64,000 nt of DNA from Spirochaetaceae bacterium (GCA_965224705.1 OZ245056.1:1760001-1824000), one strand, 5' to 3'; shown: positions 39,344-50,250, counted from the stretch's first letter. Notes: a model not told the origin generated them from the sequence alone. Numbers and translations are program-made.

Positions 39344-39452
39344 TGCTGCTGTCAGCCGTCTCATCCGGATAGCAATTGGTCCGATTCCACGAATCAGGGG
39401 AGGACAATCCATCAGCCCGATTGAGCTAAATTCATCCCGGTGGCTGCTAATC

Positions 39453-41639
39453 ATGGGCCGGGTGGGTATGCTGGCTGCTGCTGCCTATGCCTGCACACAC
39501 ATGATTCGGGCGGAGGACACCTGGATTGCCATGGCCTCCGGGCGGCACATTGTTAATTATGGAGTTGACACAGCGGATCCGTTCAGCACCAACTCAAAAA
39601 AATCGGGCCCCACTGCTGAAGAAATAAAGTCATGGCCCGATTGGGCACAGTCTCTGGTGGAGCGGGTTGGAATGGATGCCGTGCTTTACTGGCATCCTAT
39701 CGGCTGGATTAATCAAAACTGGCTGGCTCATGTTTTCATTTACAAGCTTGCCACAGCCTTTGGTTCTGACAGGGAACCCCATCTCAATGCCCTGGTTTAT
39801 TGGAAGTTTCTGCTTTATACCCTAACGGTTTTTTGTCTCTATGCGATAGGCAGGACGGTGGGTGTTCGTCCAGCTTTCTCCGCTGCGGGAGCCTGCCTGG
39901 CCTTGTTTGTAAGCCGATCTTTTCTTACCATGCGGCCGGCTGATTTCTCCAATTTTCTCGTTCCGGTTTTCATCCTGATCCTGACTCTGGCTACCTGTTG
40001 GAAGATCTGGACTATCTGGCTGATTGTTCCCCTTGCTGTGTTCTGGAGCAATGTCCACGGGGGCTTCATTTATATGTTTATAATGCTCATCCCCTTTGCG
40101 GCATTCAGTATTCTGGGGCTTTGTTTTCAGCGATTCTTCACCGTTATCAGCCTCAAGGGTGTGTATCATGCGGCGGGAGCCGGGTTTACAGCTTTAATGG
40201 CAGCAATTCTATTCAGTCCATTCCGTCTCTCCAATATGACACACCCATTTGTCATCAGCCTTGGCAGGAATGCGGAACACTGGCGTATGATAGAGGAATG
40301 GCAGCCGGCCTTCGACTGGAGCAGTCCGCATGGAACGGCTGTGCCGTTCTTAATTCTGTGTATTCTTGCTGGAACGACGGTGCTGACATGGTTTGCCCTC
40401 CAGAAATATTTATCCTTCTCCATGGTAAAAGCACGGCCCAAAGCGGAGAACTATCAGTGGCCGAGAATTCCATTGGCCATGCTGCTCATCGGGGGCCTGA
40501 CCGTTTATATGGCCATAAGGTCTCGGCGGTTTATTCCCATCGCCGCCTATGCTGTCTGCCCCTTTCTGTTCCTGCTCATTCAAAATATCACGGACGCTTT
40601 ACTTTCCCCAACATCCAGAGCGAAGAAGACTATTCAGGGTATTTTTAGTGGATTACTCCTTGTTTTCATTTCCTGGGCGGGAATAAAATTTTACAATATA
40701 TATGCTGGACCCTGGCCCTTTGATGCACAGAATAATTCTCTCTTCATGCGTATGACGGGTTCCTGGAAGGAGCCCTCTTTAGTTGGTGAGTTCATCAATC
40801 TGAACAGTATTCGGGGGAAGGTATTAAATTTCTGGACCGACGGAGGAAGCCTTGTCTGGGAGCAGAGATCCCGCATGAGGGTGGGGAGGCCCAATGTTCA
40901 GCTATTTATCGATGGACGGGCGCAAGCGGCTTATGATTTATATTACTACGATTTATGGAAGGAAATCTGGGGGGGCGGCGGCTACCGGGCTTCGGGTATT
41001 GATGACGACGAAAAAATGGGTATCTGGATGGATAGAACTTTGAAACGCGAGAAGGTGGAATTGGTGATAGTACCGATAGCCGAGTCTGATAGTCCTATTT
41101 ACCGGGCTCTCACCCATAGCCAGTCCTGGCGTGTTGTATTGACGAGTAACACACACATGCTGTTTGTTGATCTGGATACAGAACAGGGTAAGCGTTTATT
41201 TCTCGGCATGAGAAATGGTCAGACATTGTATCCGGATGACTTTACCCGCAATTTAAACCAGGGACATTTTCATCTGGTCTACAACTTGATGCCGGGAAGC
41301 CGTGTCAAAGGATTGAATCAGGTTATCAAAGCTTATTTCAACCAACCCTCTGTTTTGCCGATGACTGAGATCACCGAAATCGCGGCAATTTACCCAGAGT
41401 TGATTCCAGAAATCATCAAGTTCTGCGAAACCATTTTTGAGGATTTTCAAATTCATGGGCCTATGTATGCCGCGCAGGACGGTTATGCCTCGCGTTTAGG
41501 GGCGATGGTTATGCTGTGTGAATACCTGCGGGAGAATTCAATGCTCCAAAACGACACTCAAAAAGCTGCAATGTACGCGAACAAGTCCGACGCATACAGC
41601 AAAGAACTGGATACAATAATGCAAACCGGAATCTGGTAG
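39453..41639 (+). CDS. Polytopic membrane protein, GT-C-like glycosyltransferase candidate
   Basis: DTW...SGR, W.NQNWL, RP, WSNVHGGF, IEEW, FIDGR motifs; many TM helices plus a soluble C-terminus. Confidence 0.55.
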   Translation: MGRVGMLAAAAYACTHMIRAEDTWIAMASGRHIVNYGVDTADPFSTNSKKSGPTAEEIKSWPDWAQSLVERVGMDAVLYWHPIGWINQNWLAHVFIYKLATAFGSDREPHLNALVYWKFLLYTLTVFCLYAIGRTVGVRPAFSAAGACLALFVSRSFLTMRPADFSNFLVPVFILILTLATCWKIWTIWLIVPLAVFWSNVHGGFIYMFIMLIPFAAFSILGLCFQRFFTVISLKGVYHAAGAGFTALMAAILFSPFRLSNMTHPFVISLGRNAEHWRMIEEWQPAFDWSSPHGTAVPFLILCILAGTTVLTWFALQKYLSFSMVKARPKAENYQWPRIPLAMLLIGGLTVYMAIRSRRFIPIAAYAVCPFLFLLIQNITDALLSPTSRAKKTIQGIFSGLLLVFISWAGIKFYNIYAGPWPFDAQNNSLFMRMTGSWKEPSLVGEFINLNSIRGKVLNFWTDGGSLVWEQRSRMRVGRPNVQLFIDGRAQAAYDLYYYDLWKEIWGGGGYRASGIDDDEKMGIWMDRTLKREKVELVIVPIAESDSPIYRALTHSQSWRVVLTSNTHMLFVDLDTEQGKRLFLGMRNGQTLYPDDFTRNLNQGHFHLVYNLMPGSRVKGLNQVIKAYFNQPSVLPMTEITEIAAIYPELIPEIIKFCETIFEDFQIHGPMYAAQDGYASRLGAMVMLCEYLRENSMLQNDTQKAAMYANKSDAYSKELDTIMQTGIW

Positions 41640-41681
41640 ATTGCTTCACAGGAAGGGGAATCTGTATGGATTCAGTTTTCG

Positions 41682-41921
41682 CTAAAATGCGGTATTTTCG
41701 AGTTCGTTGACATGTGCCTTCATTCCTTCAACGATTGATTCTCTCATACCCGGAATTGACATGAGGTAAAGAGTTTCTTCTATGCTTTTCCAGTCGCCTT
41801 CCCCTACTAAAACTGCAGAGCTGTTTTTTCCTGTGATATGTATTGGCTCATGTGATAGGTTGACTGATTCTACGATTTTGTATAAATCTTTTCTTGCATT
41901 AGTAATATTTATGGCACTCAT
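41682..41921 (-). CDS. Phd/YefM-family antitoxin (no intact toxin)
   Basis: INITNARKDLYKIVESV..SHEPIHI, DWKSIEETLYL.SIPGMRESI; GGAGG RBS. Confidence 0.9.
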   Translation of the reverse strand: MSAINITNARKDLYKIVESVNLSHEPIHITGKNSSAVLVGEGDWKSIEETLYLMSIPGMRESIVEGMKAHVNELENTAF

Positions 41922-42273
41922 ACAACCTCCGTACACCCATTCTAACAGTGAAACATACCCTTGTCTACAGGGGAAAATTTTGTGCTGTAATAGCCTGAGA
42001 GTAGTAATCCGTGCATCATGCACCCTTAAGGATTGCCGTTTTTTATCATCTTACCGGTTTTTTCACAGGTTGTGGGGGGTAGTATTTTCGGCGTGAATGG
42101 TCGATAGGGAATTGCTGCCTGTCCCTTGTTGAGGCGGGGAGTATGATTCCGGCGAAGATTGACGGGGGGAAATGTCCTTTTGGCCCCCGGGTAGGGAGAG
42201 TGATTTAGGGGTACGAACAAACGGCTTCCGGCGGGACATCCGGAGGCCTTCCCGGACAAGGCTCTGGGGGCGG

Positions 42274-45258
42274 TTACTGTTTTCTTTTTGCTCTGAATTG
42301 CTTTACCCGTTCTTTGAATAGTGCTACCCTTTTATTGAACCGTGCGGTGAAGGCTTTGGGGGAAAAATCGATTATGTCAAGATTCAGGTTGTCCATGTGT
42401 TTCCCTAGCTGACGCGCGAGGTTGCCGGGCCAGTAGTCTTCTCTCTGTACTGCCGCATAGTCGGCATCGTTCCAGCCTTCTATGTCCAGATTGATGCGTT
42501 CATTGTTCTCTTTGAGAAGTAGCCTTATTTCTTCCTTCCATGGGCGTTTATTCAAACACAGGTCCTCTTTTTTATATGATGGTAAGTCCTTTTTTCCAAG
42601 CAGGCAGTAGGCGGTCATATAGAAAACAGCAGAAACGCAGAGTGCATTGCCTTCCCGAACCAGATCCCGATCCAGAGTCCGAGTCCGAGCCAGATCCAAA
42701 TCCAAATCCAGAGCCAGAGCCAGATCCCGATCCAGAGTCCGAGTCCGAGCCAGATCCAAATCCAAATCCAGAGCCAGAGCCAGAGCCAGATCCCGATCCA
42801 GAGCCAGATCCAGAGCCCGAGCCTGAGCCTGAGCCCGAGCCCGAACCAGAGTCAGAGCCAGAGCCTGATCCAGATCCAGAGCCCGAGCTATAGCCTGAGA
42901 CAGATCCCGACCCCGATCCAGAGCCCGAGCCCGACCCAGAGCCAGGACCAGATCCAGATCCAGAGCCAGAGCCAGCTTCCGATCCCGGTCCAGATCCAGA
43001 TCCAGAGCCAGATCCAGAGCCAGAGCCCGAGCCCGATCCAGAGCCCGAGCCCGAGCCTCCGTGAATATTTCGCCTAAGAAAAGGAGTTGGAATGCCCGAA
43101 TCTTCTTCAGCCAACCGTATTGTTTCAGCGCGAAGATATTTCGGGGTAAGAGGAGAAAGATGTCTCTCCAGAAGAGAGAAACCGGGGGAAGGGGCAGGCT
43201 TCTGTAATAAAACGTTGTCTGGATTGTCAGAGAAAGCGTTTCGAAGGCTTTCTCCGTATACAGCAGTGCCCGATCAAGTTTATTCAATCGCTTCTCCACG
43301 TCCTCGTCAGTCGTCTTTTCCGGACCGTATTCGTGCAGGGAAGCCTTTATTGTCCAGCTTCTAAGGTAGAAGTCCACATCTTCAGGCCATTCCACATCCT
43401 TCACAAAAAAAGCCTCTTTCGGATCTTCCGAATTGTCGGCTAATGGATCATCCTCAGGGGTGCTCTGATTCCAGTCCACGCCAAGATAAGTAACCTGGTT
43501 AACATTGCTCCAACGGACTTTCATCGCATTCTTAATTGTCGTATCCTCTTCTCTGAGCCATGTATTGATAAGGTCATGTGCTTTTTCCGCGTTCTCTTTT
43601 CTTTTGAGGAGTGCGTTCCATGGAGCCTTGTCCGGTGTTCCGTTCATCTCTGCAAGAAGGAGGACTTCCATCCACCGTTTCCGTTCTTCTTCCGAAAAGG
43701 CCACTTCTTCGCTCCCCAGAATTTCCGCCAGGAAAAGCCGTTGTTCCGCCTCATTGAGATTAAGCTCCCGCAGAAGGGAGCGGTAGGCGATATTCTGGGA
43801 ATCCTTTTGCCTCAGGGAGAGGAAGAGATGGCCGCTTTCCCTCCAGAATTCCGAGTCGGCCCGCTCCAGAAGGAATGGAAAGCTCCTGCGGCCTTCTTGA
43901 TGGCGGACGTTGAGGTAATAGGCCGTTAGGTATTCCTGGAACGAGTTGTGGGCAAAGCGGATGGTTCCGGCCTCCGGTTCCGAGAGGATGCCGGTCCGTG
44001 CCAGATAGAAGGGGAGGAGCTTTTCGGCATCCTCTTCGCGGATGGAGTGGAAGCGGTTTTGTTCTTTGAGATATTTGGAAAATCTCTGCGTCACTTCTTC
44101 CCAGGATTCGCTCATGATTCGTTCTTTGGAATTTTTGCTGTTCCCCCGCTGCCAGTCGAAGGCCAGCCGACTCAGGAGAAAGAGGAGATCCAACTTTTCC
44201 CATGGGGGGATGCTGATATTCCGGACTCTCTCAAGCTGAAGGATGTAGGCATCCATAATCTTCTCATAGAGGGTGGCGCGGCTGTGGGGAAGTTCCCCAA
44301 GGGTGTTGTGCACAAAGCAGATGAGGGCCATAAAACTTGGCCGCCGGGCCATGGAGCTTAGATACTTTCTGCCCGCCAGGGCTTCAATCAAGCTGTCCTT
44401 CTTCGCTTTCTTTTCTGCTTCCCTTGGAGCGGGCCGCAATTCATGCCACTTCCCGATGTAGTCCTCCTTCTGTTTATCCGTAAACGGAAGAAGATGCAGC
44501 ATCACCGTTTCCCCGGAGAAGCGGGGGGAGCCGTCAGTTCTTAAGTCTTCAAAACCGGCCGGGCGCCCGGTAATGATGTAATGGTTATGAATCTCTTCCT
44601 GTGAAAAAGCCTCCAGAGTCCATTTCATAATTCTGATTCGTTTTTCAGGCCCAACTTCGTCAATACCGTCAAGCAGGATGAGGAACTGTCCCTGGCGGCG
44701 GTATTTTTCCAGATTCCTCCTTGGGTTGAAGTAAATTAGGGGATCGTCCTTTAGTACATTTTTTCGTACATCTTCCAAAAAAACGCGCATAAGACCATCA
44801 AGGGAGTCTATCCCCTTAAGATCATGTTCTCTCAGCACCAGGGGAATGGGGATAATCCAGGGATAGGTGTTATTGAAGGGAGTTCCTTTTCTTATGCCTG
44901 TCTCAAGAGCGAGCTCATGCACAAGCCATGTCTTACCCGCACCGGGGAGTCCGGCGATCATGAGGAAGGGCTTTTGTTTAAGCCAGTAGAGGATGTCCCG
45001 TTTTAGTCCTTTATCCTGATCCTCTCCCGCCCTTTTTATGCGATGATCGTCCTTTTCTTCGGGAATGTTTTCTTCGGAGAAACAGCGGGGGATGTACATC
45101 TTCTCCACCTGGACGGGGCTGCCATCATCAACCAATCCAGCCATGTCTGTTAGACCGAATTTCCTGTAGAGCCAGTTGACGTAAATATCCCGGGTCCGGA
45201 CTTCCGCGTCGGTCAAACCAAGCTTCCTGCCTAAATCCTGTATTTTCTTAATCGTCAT
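42274..45258 (-). CDS. NACHT-family STAND NTPase (NLR-like) with C-terminal (A/D)(R/L) repeat
   Basis: GLPGAGKT Walker [11 protein letters not shown]alker [18 protein letters not shown]. Confidence 0.9.
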   Translation of the reverse strand: MTIKKIQDLGRKLGLTDAEVRTRDIYVNWLYRKFGLTDMAGLVDDGSPVQVEKMYIPRCFSEENIPEEKDDHRIKRAGEDQDKGLKRDILYWLKQKPFLMIAGLPGAGKTWLVHELALETGIRKGTPFNNTYPWIIPIPLVLREHDLKGIDSLDGLMRVFLEDVRKNVLKDDPLIYFNPRRNLEKYRRQGQFLILLDGIDEVGPEKRIRIMKWTLEAFSQEEIHNHYIITGRPAGFEDLRTDGSPRFSGETVMLHLLPFTDKQKEDYIGKWHELRPAPREAEKKAKKDSLIEALAGRKYLSSMARRPSFMALICFVHNTLGELPHSRATLYEKIMDAYILQLERVRNISIPPWEKLDLLFLLSRLAFDWQRGNSKNSKERIMSESWEEVTQRFSKYLKEQNRFHSIREEDAEKLLPFYLARTGILSEPEAGTIRFAHNSFQEYLTAYYLNVRHQEGRRSFPFLLERADSEFWRESGHLFLSLRQKDSQNIAYRSLLRELNLNEAEQRLFLAEILGSEEVAFSEEERKRWMEVLLLAEMNGTPDKAPWNALLKRKENAEKAHDLINTWLREEDTTIKNAMKVRWSNVNQVTYLGVDWNQSTPEDDPLADNSEDPKEAFFVKDVEWPEDVDFYLRSWTIKASLHEYGPEKTTDEDVEKRLNKLDRALLYTEKAFETLSLTIQTTFYYRSLPLPPVSLFWRDIFLLLPRNIFALKQYGWLKKIRAFQLLFLGEIFTEARARALDRARALALDLALDLDLDRDRKLALALDLDLVLALGRARALDRGRDLSQAIARALDLDQALALTLVRARAQAQARALDLALDRDLALALALDLDLDLARTRTLDRDLALALDLDLDLARTRTLDRDLVREGNALCVSAVFYMTAYCLLGKKDLPSYKKEDLCLNKRPWKEEIRLLLKENNERINLDIEGWNDADYAAVQREDYWPGNLARQLGKHMDNLNLDIIDFSPKAFTARFNKRVALFKERVKQFRAKRKQ
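42655..43056 (-). repeat. In-frame hexamer repeat array G(C/A)TC(T/G)G, about 65 units, with a perfect 60-bp tandem duplication
   Basis: Directly visible; 42661-42720 is identical to 42721-42780. Confidence 0.95.
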
Positions 45259-45259
45259 G

Positions 45260-46854
45260 CTATTGTCGGCCCGCCTTGGTCGTAAAGAAGAGCTTTACAC
45301 TGTCCGGCTGGACTCCGCGGAAATCACTTCGGATTCTCTCGAATAAACGGCGATCATAGCGGTATTCAAACAAGCGATCTCTGTACGCCTCCAATGACAG
45401 CTTAACGGATTTATCCTGAGAGAAGATAATGGATAACTCCTCAATGTATCGCCGCCTTAACCCTTCATCGGATTGTTCCTCGGGTTGTTCCTCCGCACCA
45501 GATTGTTCCCAGGATTGTTCCTCTTCACTTTCCGAAGATTGGGGCTGTTTGCCATGAGATGTATCCCTTAATTCATGCTGTATCACATAGTCCAATGCCC
45601 TAAGAAAATTCTCGAAGTCTTCAGGGTGGAAGGCAATGCTTTTATAGATTGCCGGAAATCGGAGCTGCAGCGACAGGAGAAGGGCTGTCTGATCCAAATT
45701 CAGTTTTTCTCCATCCGCATTTTTTTCAGCCGTATTACCAGCCGCATTGATAGCCTTCCAACGGGCCAGAAGGGTGTTGAGGAAATTTTTAACCTTTCTG
45801 GGGTTGTGCTCCCATATCTCGTTTATGATTCTCGCCAATGTATCGCGGCTTGATTTGTCTTGTAGCTCCTCGGGCCATGTCTCAATGATTTTGCCAATAA
45901 ACGGTCGAAAGTCGCGGCATACCGGGACATGAACGCTACCCTGAACCAGCTTCGCCATATACTGCCGCGCTTCAGCCTTACCACAATCTTCTCTGGAGCG
46001 AATAATCGCCCTTTCCACCGCATCAGGATCAATTCCAAGAATGAAAACGCAGGAACGGGTGTTGAGGTAGAGTTTTATCGCTTCCAGAATCTCAAGAATC
46101 TTCATGTCTTCACATCGGTCAAGATCGTCAATGAAGATGACGAGATTATCGGCCATGCGATTGTCTTTTTTGGGGAGCATTTTTTTGATTGAATCGCGCA
46201 CCTGGCACACCGCTCCATTGAAGGCAAGGAAGAATTGTTGCGCGTCGGTCAATTCGCGGTAAGGTATTGCCGGGCGGGCCCCCTTGTATAGTTCCTTTCC
46301 TTTTTCGTATAGGTAGGCTGCCGGTTTGATGCCAATGTTTTTTTCGGTAACGGTATCGATGACTTCCGTTAACTTTTTATGCCGAGATCCAGTAATCCCC
46401 AGGCGGGATTCTCTCCAGGCTTTTTTGGCAGCAGCCCCCTGCCCTCGGCCCATTTGGGTATCTGTTTTCGGATTTCGTGGAGCAGGGGAATCATCGGGTT
46501 CGGTTCATTTTGATACTGCCACGGGTTGAACCAGACGGTTAAGGCCTGAGTGTCTTTTTTCAAGCCTTCCCACGTCTTGGCAACGGATTCTGAGATTTCC
46601 TTCTCTTCGGAGATGCCCATCCCTTCCTTGAAACTGAGGGGGAGGCCGCCGAGAGAGGCCATACAGTGACGGAGCAAACTGGTCTTTCCGCTGCCCCAGC
46701 TTCCGTAAACCCCAATGACAAAGGGGGCGGGAGCCTCGACGGCCATTTTATAGAGTTCCGCACCGGCATGTTCAAAGCCCAGCGTTTCAAACTCGATAGT
46801 CCAGTCATCGTTTGTATAGCCTTTGTTGTTTTTGCCGTCTTCAGGGTTTGCCAT
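45260..46854 (-). CDS. KAP-family P-loop NTPase, split over two frames (46854-46369 and 46453-45260)
   Basis: GVYGSWGSGKTSLL and WFNPWQY in the first frame; VIFIDDLDRC and NPRKVKNFLN in the -1 frame. Confidence 0.85.
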
Positions 46855-47111
46855 CTTTCTTTCTGCCGGATAGTTCTTCGGTGCTTGGTGATTATGATAG
46901 TAAGAGTTAAACCGGTTGTCAATGAGTTGGATTTTATCGATCAGGGCAATCGCGGCTAATTCTACTCCTTTGCATCCCTCGTTCTTTAAGTATGAGCGCC
47001 ATCGCCTCAAAGGCGGTGAAAGGCTTTCCCCAAATTCCTCCAGCTAGGAGCCTCAATGTAATGGATCACCAGATCACCAGATCAGCACGTATTCGGGATT
47101 CTTCCTGTCCA

Positions 47112-48305
47112 TCAGCATGACACCATATTCTCATGGGAGTCAAAATGCATTACCCTGGTATTCGATACAGCCGCATCCATCAATTCTTCCAAATCAGGAA
47201 TGGATTCAAATTCACTCTGCTGAACATCGGCTACAGGTCGGGTCAATGGTCTTTCCGGGCTGAAGAGAGTACAGCAGTCGTCAAAAGGTTCCACGGATGT
47301 TTCATACGTTCCAATCTTGACAGCAAGCTGGATAATTTCCTCCTTATCCATGCCGATGAGGGGTCTGAAAATCGGCAGATCTGTGGCCCGGTTTGTATAC
47401 GCAATACTTTCCAGAGTTTGACTTGCCACCTGACCCAGAGACTCCCCTGTAACCAGAGCCCCGCAGTGACGTCTGGCAGCCCATTTTTCGGCAATCCGCA
47501 TCATACAGGCTCGTGAGTGCAGTGTAGTGGTAGAAGGTTCTACAGAATGACCTATCTTTATCTGACAGTCGGTGAATGGCACTGAAAGAAAGGTAAGGCC
47601 GCCGCACCAGGGAGCAATGGTGGATGCCAGGCGCACAACTTTGTCATGAGCCTCATCGCTTGTATACGGCGGCGTATGAAAATATATGGCCGACAGTTTC
47701 AAGCCCCGCCTGGTCATTAAAAACCCGGCAACTGGAGAATCAATGCCTCCTGACAGAAGGAGCATGCCCATCCCCCCGGTTCCGACAGGCAACCCCCCGG
47801 GACCTGGCTGTTGATGCTGATATACATAGGCCCATTCCCTCAGTTCAACCCGGATGATGAAATCCGGTTGATGAACATCGACCCTGAGTTCAGGCATGGA
47901 TTCGTGCATCAAATTGCCGAGTTCCCGGGCATAGCCGTAACTGTCCAGAGGCAGGCTCTTGTCCACCCGGCGCACCTCAAATTTATAACTCATTCCAACC
48001 TTCTGGGACAGGCATTCTTCAGCGATGAGCAGTGAGGCCTCGAAAACATCGTTCAGGTTTTTTCGAACTCTTTTTACCCGGCTGAAAGCAACGATACCCG
48101 GGGTACTGGCCAGAATTCTGGCCGTTTTGTCATCGTCAAGTATTGTTTCAAGGTAGTAGCGGCCTGGTTTTACACTGATGTGTACTCTGGCATCAATTTC
48201 ATTGAATTTTCGCCTGATGTTTTCTTTTAGAATTCGTTCAAAATATCTTCGATTACCCTTCTTCAGTGAGATCTCTCCAATCTTAACCAGCCATAAATTC
48301 GTCAT
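47112..48305 (-). CDS. thiI: tRNA 4-thiouridine synthase
   Basis: GEISLKKGNR, THUMP domain, LLSGGIDSPVA, GESLGQVASQT, DCC. Confidence 0.95.
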   Translation of the reverse strand: MTNLWLVKIGEISLKKGNRRYFERILKENIRRKFNEIDARVHISVKPGRYYLETILDDDKTARILASTPGIVAFSRVKRVRKNLNDVFEASLLIAEECLSQKVGMSYKFEVRRVDKSLPLDSYGYARELGNLMHESMPELRVDVHQPDFIIRVELREWAYVYQHQQPGPGGLPVGTGGMGMLLLSGGIDSPVAGFLMTRRGLKLSAIYFHTPPYTSDEAHDKVVRLASTIAPWCGGLTFLSVPFTDCQIKIGHSVEPSTTTLHSRACMMRIAEKWAARRHCGALVTGESLGQVASQTLESIAYTNRATDLPIFRPLIGMDKEEIIQLAVKIGTYETSVEPFDDCCTLFSPERPLTRPVADVQQSEFESIPDLEELMDAAVSNTRVMHFDSHENMVSC

Positions 48306-48406
48306 ATCTCCCAAGAATAGTAAAAAAAATCTGTTAAGTCAGTAATAATCCAGAGTGCCTGCAGCAGAACCCTTTTGCACCTCGTCTTATCGGACAGGGG
48401 TGTGCT

Positions 48407-49435
48407 GTGAATAGAATGCTGTCAATCTCAATGCTGGTTTTTGTTTCATGTCTGTTTCCCGGGGAGAACGGGGAATGGACTGTGATGACCTGGAATGTGC
48501 AGAACCTGTTTGATGAGGTGGACGATGGAAACGAGTACACGGAATTCGATCCGGGTAGGGGAATATGGAATGAACGGCTCCTGCAGCGGCGTCTGGACAG
48601 AGTTGCCGAAGTTGTCGTAAAAACAGTTCCTGGCGGTGCTGATCTCATCGTATTTCAGGAATTGGAGAACCAGAACGTTCTTGACCTGTTATTGGAGGAA
48701 TCCCTCAAAGGACGGGGGTATGATTACTCATTGACCATACCCGGTTTTAGCATAATCCGTTGTGGAGTCATCAGTCGGTATCCCATTTCTGATGTCAATG
48801 TTGTGGATTGCGGTCAGTGGGAAAATCGTTCACTGCGGCCTGCCCTGGGTTTCAGTGTGGATATGCCCGGGAGCAAGGTCTATGTTATTGCTCTCCACTG
48901 GAAGTCCCCAAGAGGGAATAGATCGGCCACCGAAGAGCCCAGACGGCTGGAAGCATCCATTGTACGGGACATGGTGAGACAGAAACTGGACGTTGATCAG
49001 GATGCGAAGATCATTGTTTTAGGAGACCTCAACACTCCCGGAGATGGACTGGTTCTTCCGGCAGCCCTTGCTCCGTATGGGTCACTGGTAGACGAGGCTG
49101 TTCTCTGGCGGACAGATGTTCCCGTATTTCCCCCCTATGATCCGCAGGAAATAATTCTCTATGATCCCGAACCAACGGCCGGACCGCCCGGAACATATAA
49201 CTACCTCGGTCAGTGGGACAGACCGGATCGGGCACTGCTTTCCAGAGGGTTCACGGAAGGATCAGGCCTTGTCTTTCATGACTCTCGAATCGGTGATCTG
49301 GATGTAATGCTGAACAGTCAGGGCCACCCCGAACGGTGGCGGACAGATCTGGAAGAAGGTTACAGCGATCATTTGCCGTTAATCCTTGAGTTCAACAACA
49401 TCCCGGAATCCCGTGAGGAGTCTGCCGGACTTTAG
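48407..49435 (+). CDS. Exported endonuclease/exonuclease/phosphatase family protein
   Basis: TWNVQNLFD, QE, HWKS, GDLN, SDHLP. Confidence 0.9.
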   Translation: MNRMLSISMLVFVSCLFPGENGEWTVMTWNVQNLFDEVDDGNEYTEFDPGRGIWNERLLQRRLDRVAEVVVKTVPGGADLIVFQELENQNVLDLLLEESLKGRGYDYSLTIPGFSIIRCGVISRYPISDVNVVDCGQWENRSLRPALGFSVDMPGSKVYVIALHWKSPRGNRSATEEPRRLEASIVRDMVRQKLDVDQDAKIIVLGDLNTPGDGLVLPAALAPYGSLVDEAVLWRTDVPVFPPYDPQEIILYDPEPTAGPPGTYNYLGQWDRPDRALLSRGFTEGSGLVFHDSRIGDLDVMLNSQGHPERWRTDLEEGYSDHLPLILEFNNIPESREESAGL

Positions 49436-49472
49436 GACTTCGAGCCGTGAGGCATAAGTCCGACAGAGTCTG
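49416..49472. mobile_element. Family A mini-element with both inverted ends
   Basis: GGAGTCTGCCGGACTT ... AAGTCCGACAGAGTCT between convergent genes; supplies the stop codon of the EEP gene. Confidence 0.7.
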
Positions 49473-49476
49473 AGGA

Positions 49477-50250
49477 TTATGAATCAGAATGATAACTGAC
49501 CAGATTCTCAACGAAGGCCTGAACTGTCTGACCTGCCCTGTCCGAATCGACGCGAGCAATAGCTTTTACCAGAGCCGAACCGACAACGACGGCATCCGCT
49601 GCCGTTACGGATTGGATCTGCTCTGACCGCTGGATTCCGAATCCTGCCATCACTTTCGGGGTGCTTCCTTTTCTCAGCCTGCGGATACTTTCAAGAAATT
49701 CCGTTTGCCTGTTTCCGATTTCTGTGTATGTGCCGGTGATGCCGCTCCTGAGGGCAGCGTAAACCCATTCAATGGGTTCGGCAAGAATCTGTTTCAACCG
49801 TTTCATACTGATCCATGGAACGATAACGGGAACTGCGGGGCATTGAGCTTCTGCGGCACTCTGGAAAAGGCCCTCGTCAGCCCCTGGAGTAAGGTCAGGA
49901 ACAATAAGTCCACTGGCACCGGATTTCTTTGCCTGATGGATGAAGTTCTCCACACCGGGAGTAAAAACCAGACTGGCATAACTCATAACGAAAACAGGTA
50001 TGTTTGATTCGGAACGAATGGTTTCAAGGAGTTGAAAAGCATCTCTGGTTGTGAATCCGGCAGACAGGGCATCCCGGCAGGCCCCTTCAATAACAGGACC
50101 ATCAGCACTGGGATCTGAAAAGGGTATCTGCATTTCAAGAGCAAAGGCGCCCCCGGCAATCAAACCTCGAGCCACATCCAGTGAAATGTCATACGAAGGA
50201 TAGCCAGCTATGAAATGAGTAATAACTCCGGGTTGGCTCTCAGAGATCAT
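49477..50250 (-). CDS. trpA: Tryptophan synthase alpha subunit
   Basis: LEMQIPFSDPSADGPVI, GITG, GFGI, VVGS; follows trpB; start trimmed to MISES. Confidence 0.95.
   Translation of the reverse strand: MISESQPGVITHFIAGYPSYDISLDVARGLIAGGAFALEMQIPFSDPSADGPVIEGACRDALSAGFTTRDAFQLLETIRSESNIPVFVMSYASLVFTPGVENFIHQAKKSGASGLIVPDLTPGADEGLFQSAAEAQCPAVPVIVPWISMKRLKQILAEPIEWVYAALRSGITGTYTEIGNRQTEFLESIRRLRKGSTPKVMAGFGIQRSEQIQSVTAADAVVVGSALVKAIARVDSDRAGQTVQAFVENLVSYHSDS

Noticed and set aside
42655..43056. Possible CRISPR array
   Set aside because: Contiguous 6-bp units without unique spacers, inside a CDS, and no cas genes in the window
42540..43114. ORFs encoding (GS)n and (PE/PD)n low-complexity proteins
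   Set aside because: Alternative-frame and antisense readings of the stop-free hexamer array inside the NACHT gene; no independent RBS or context
47064..47084. GATCACCA tandem repeat x2.6
   Set aside because: Too short to assign meaning
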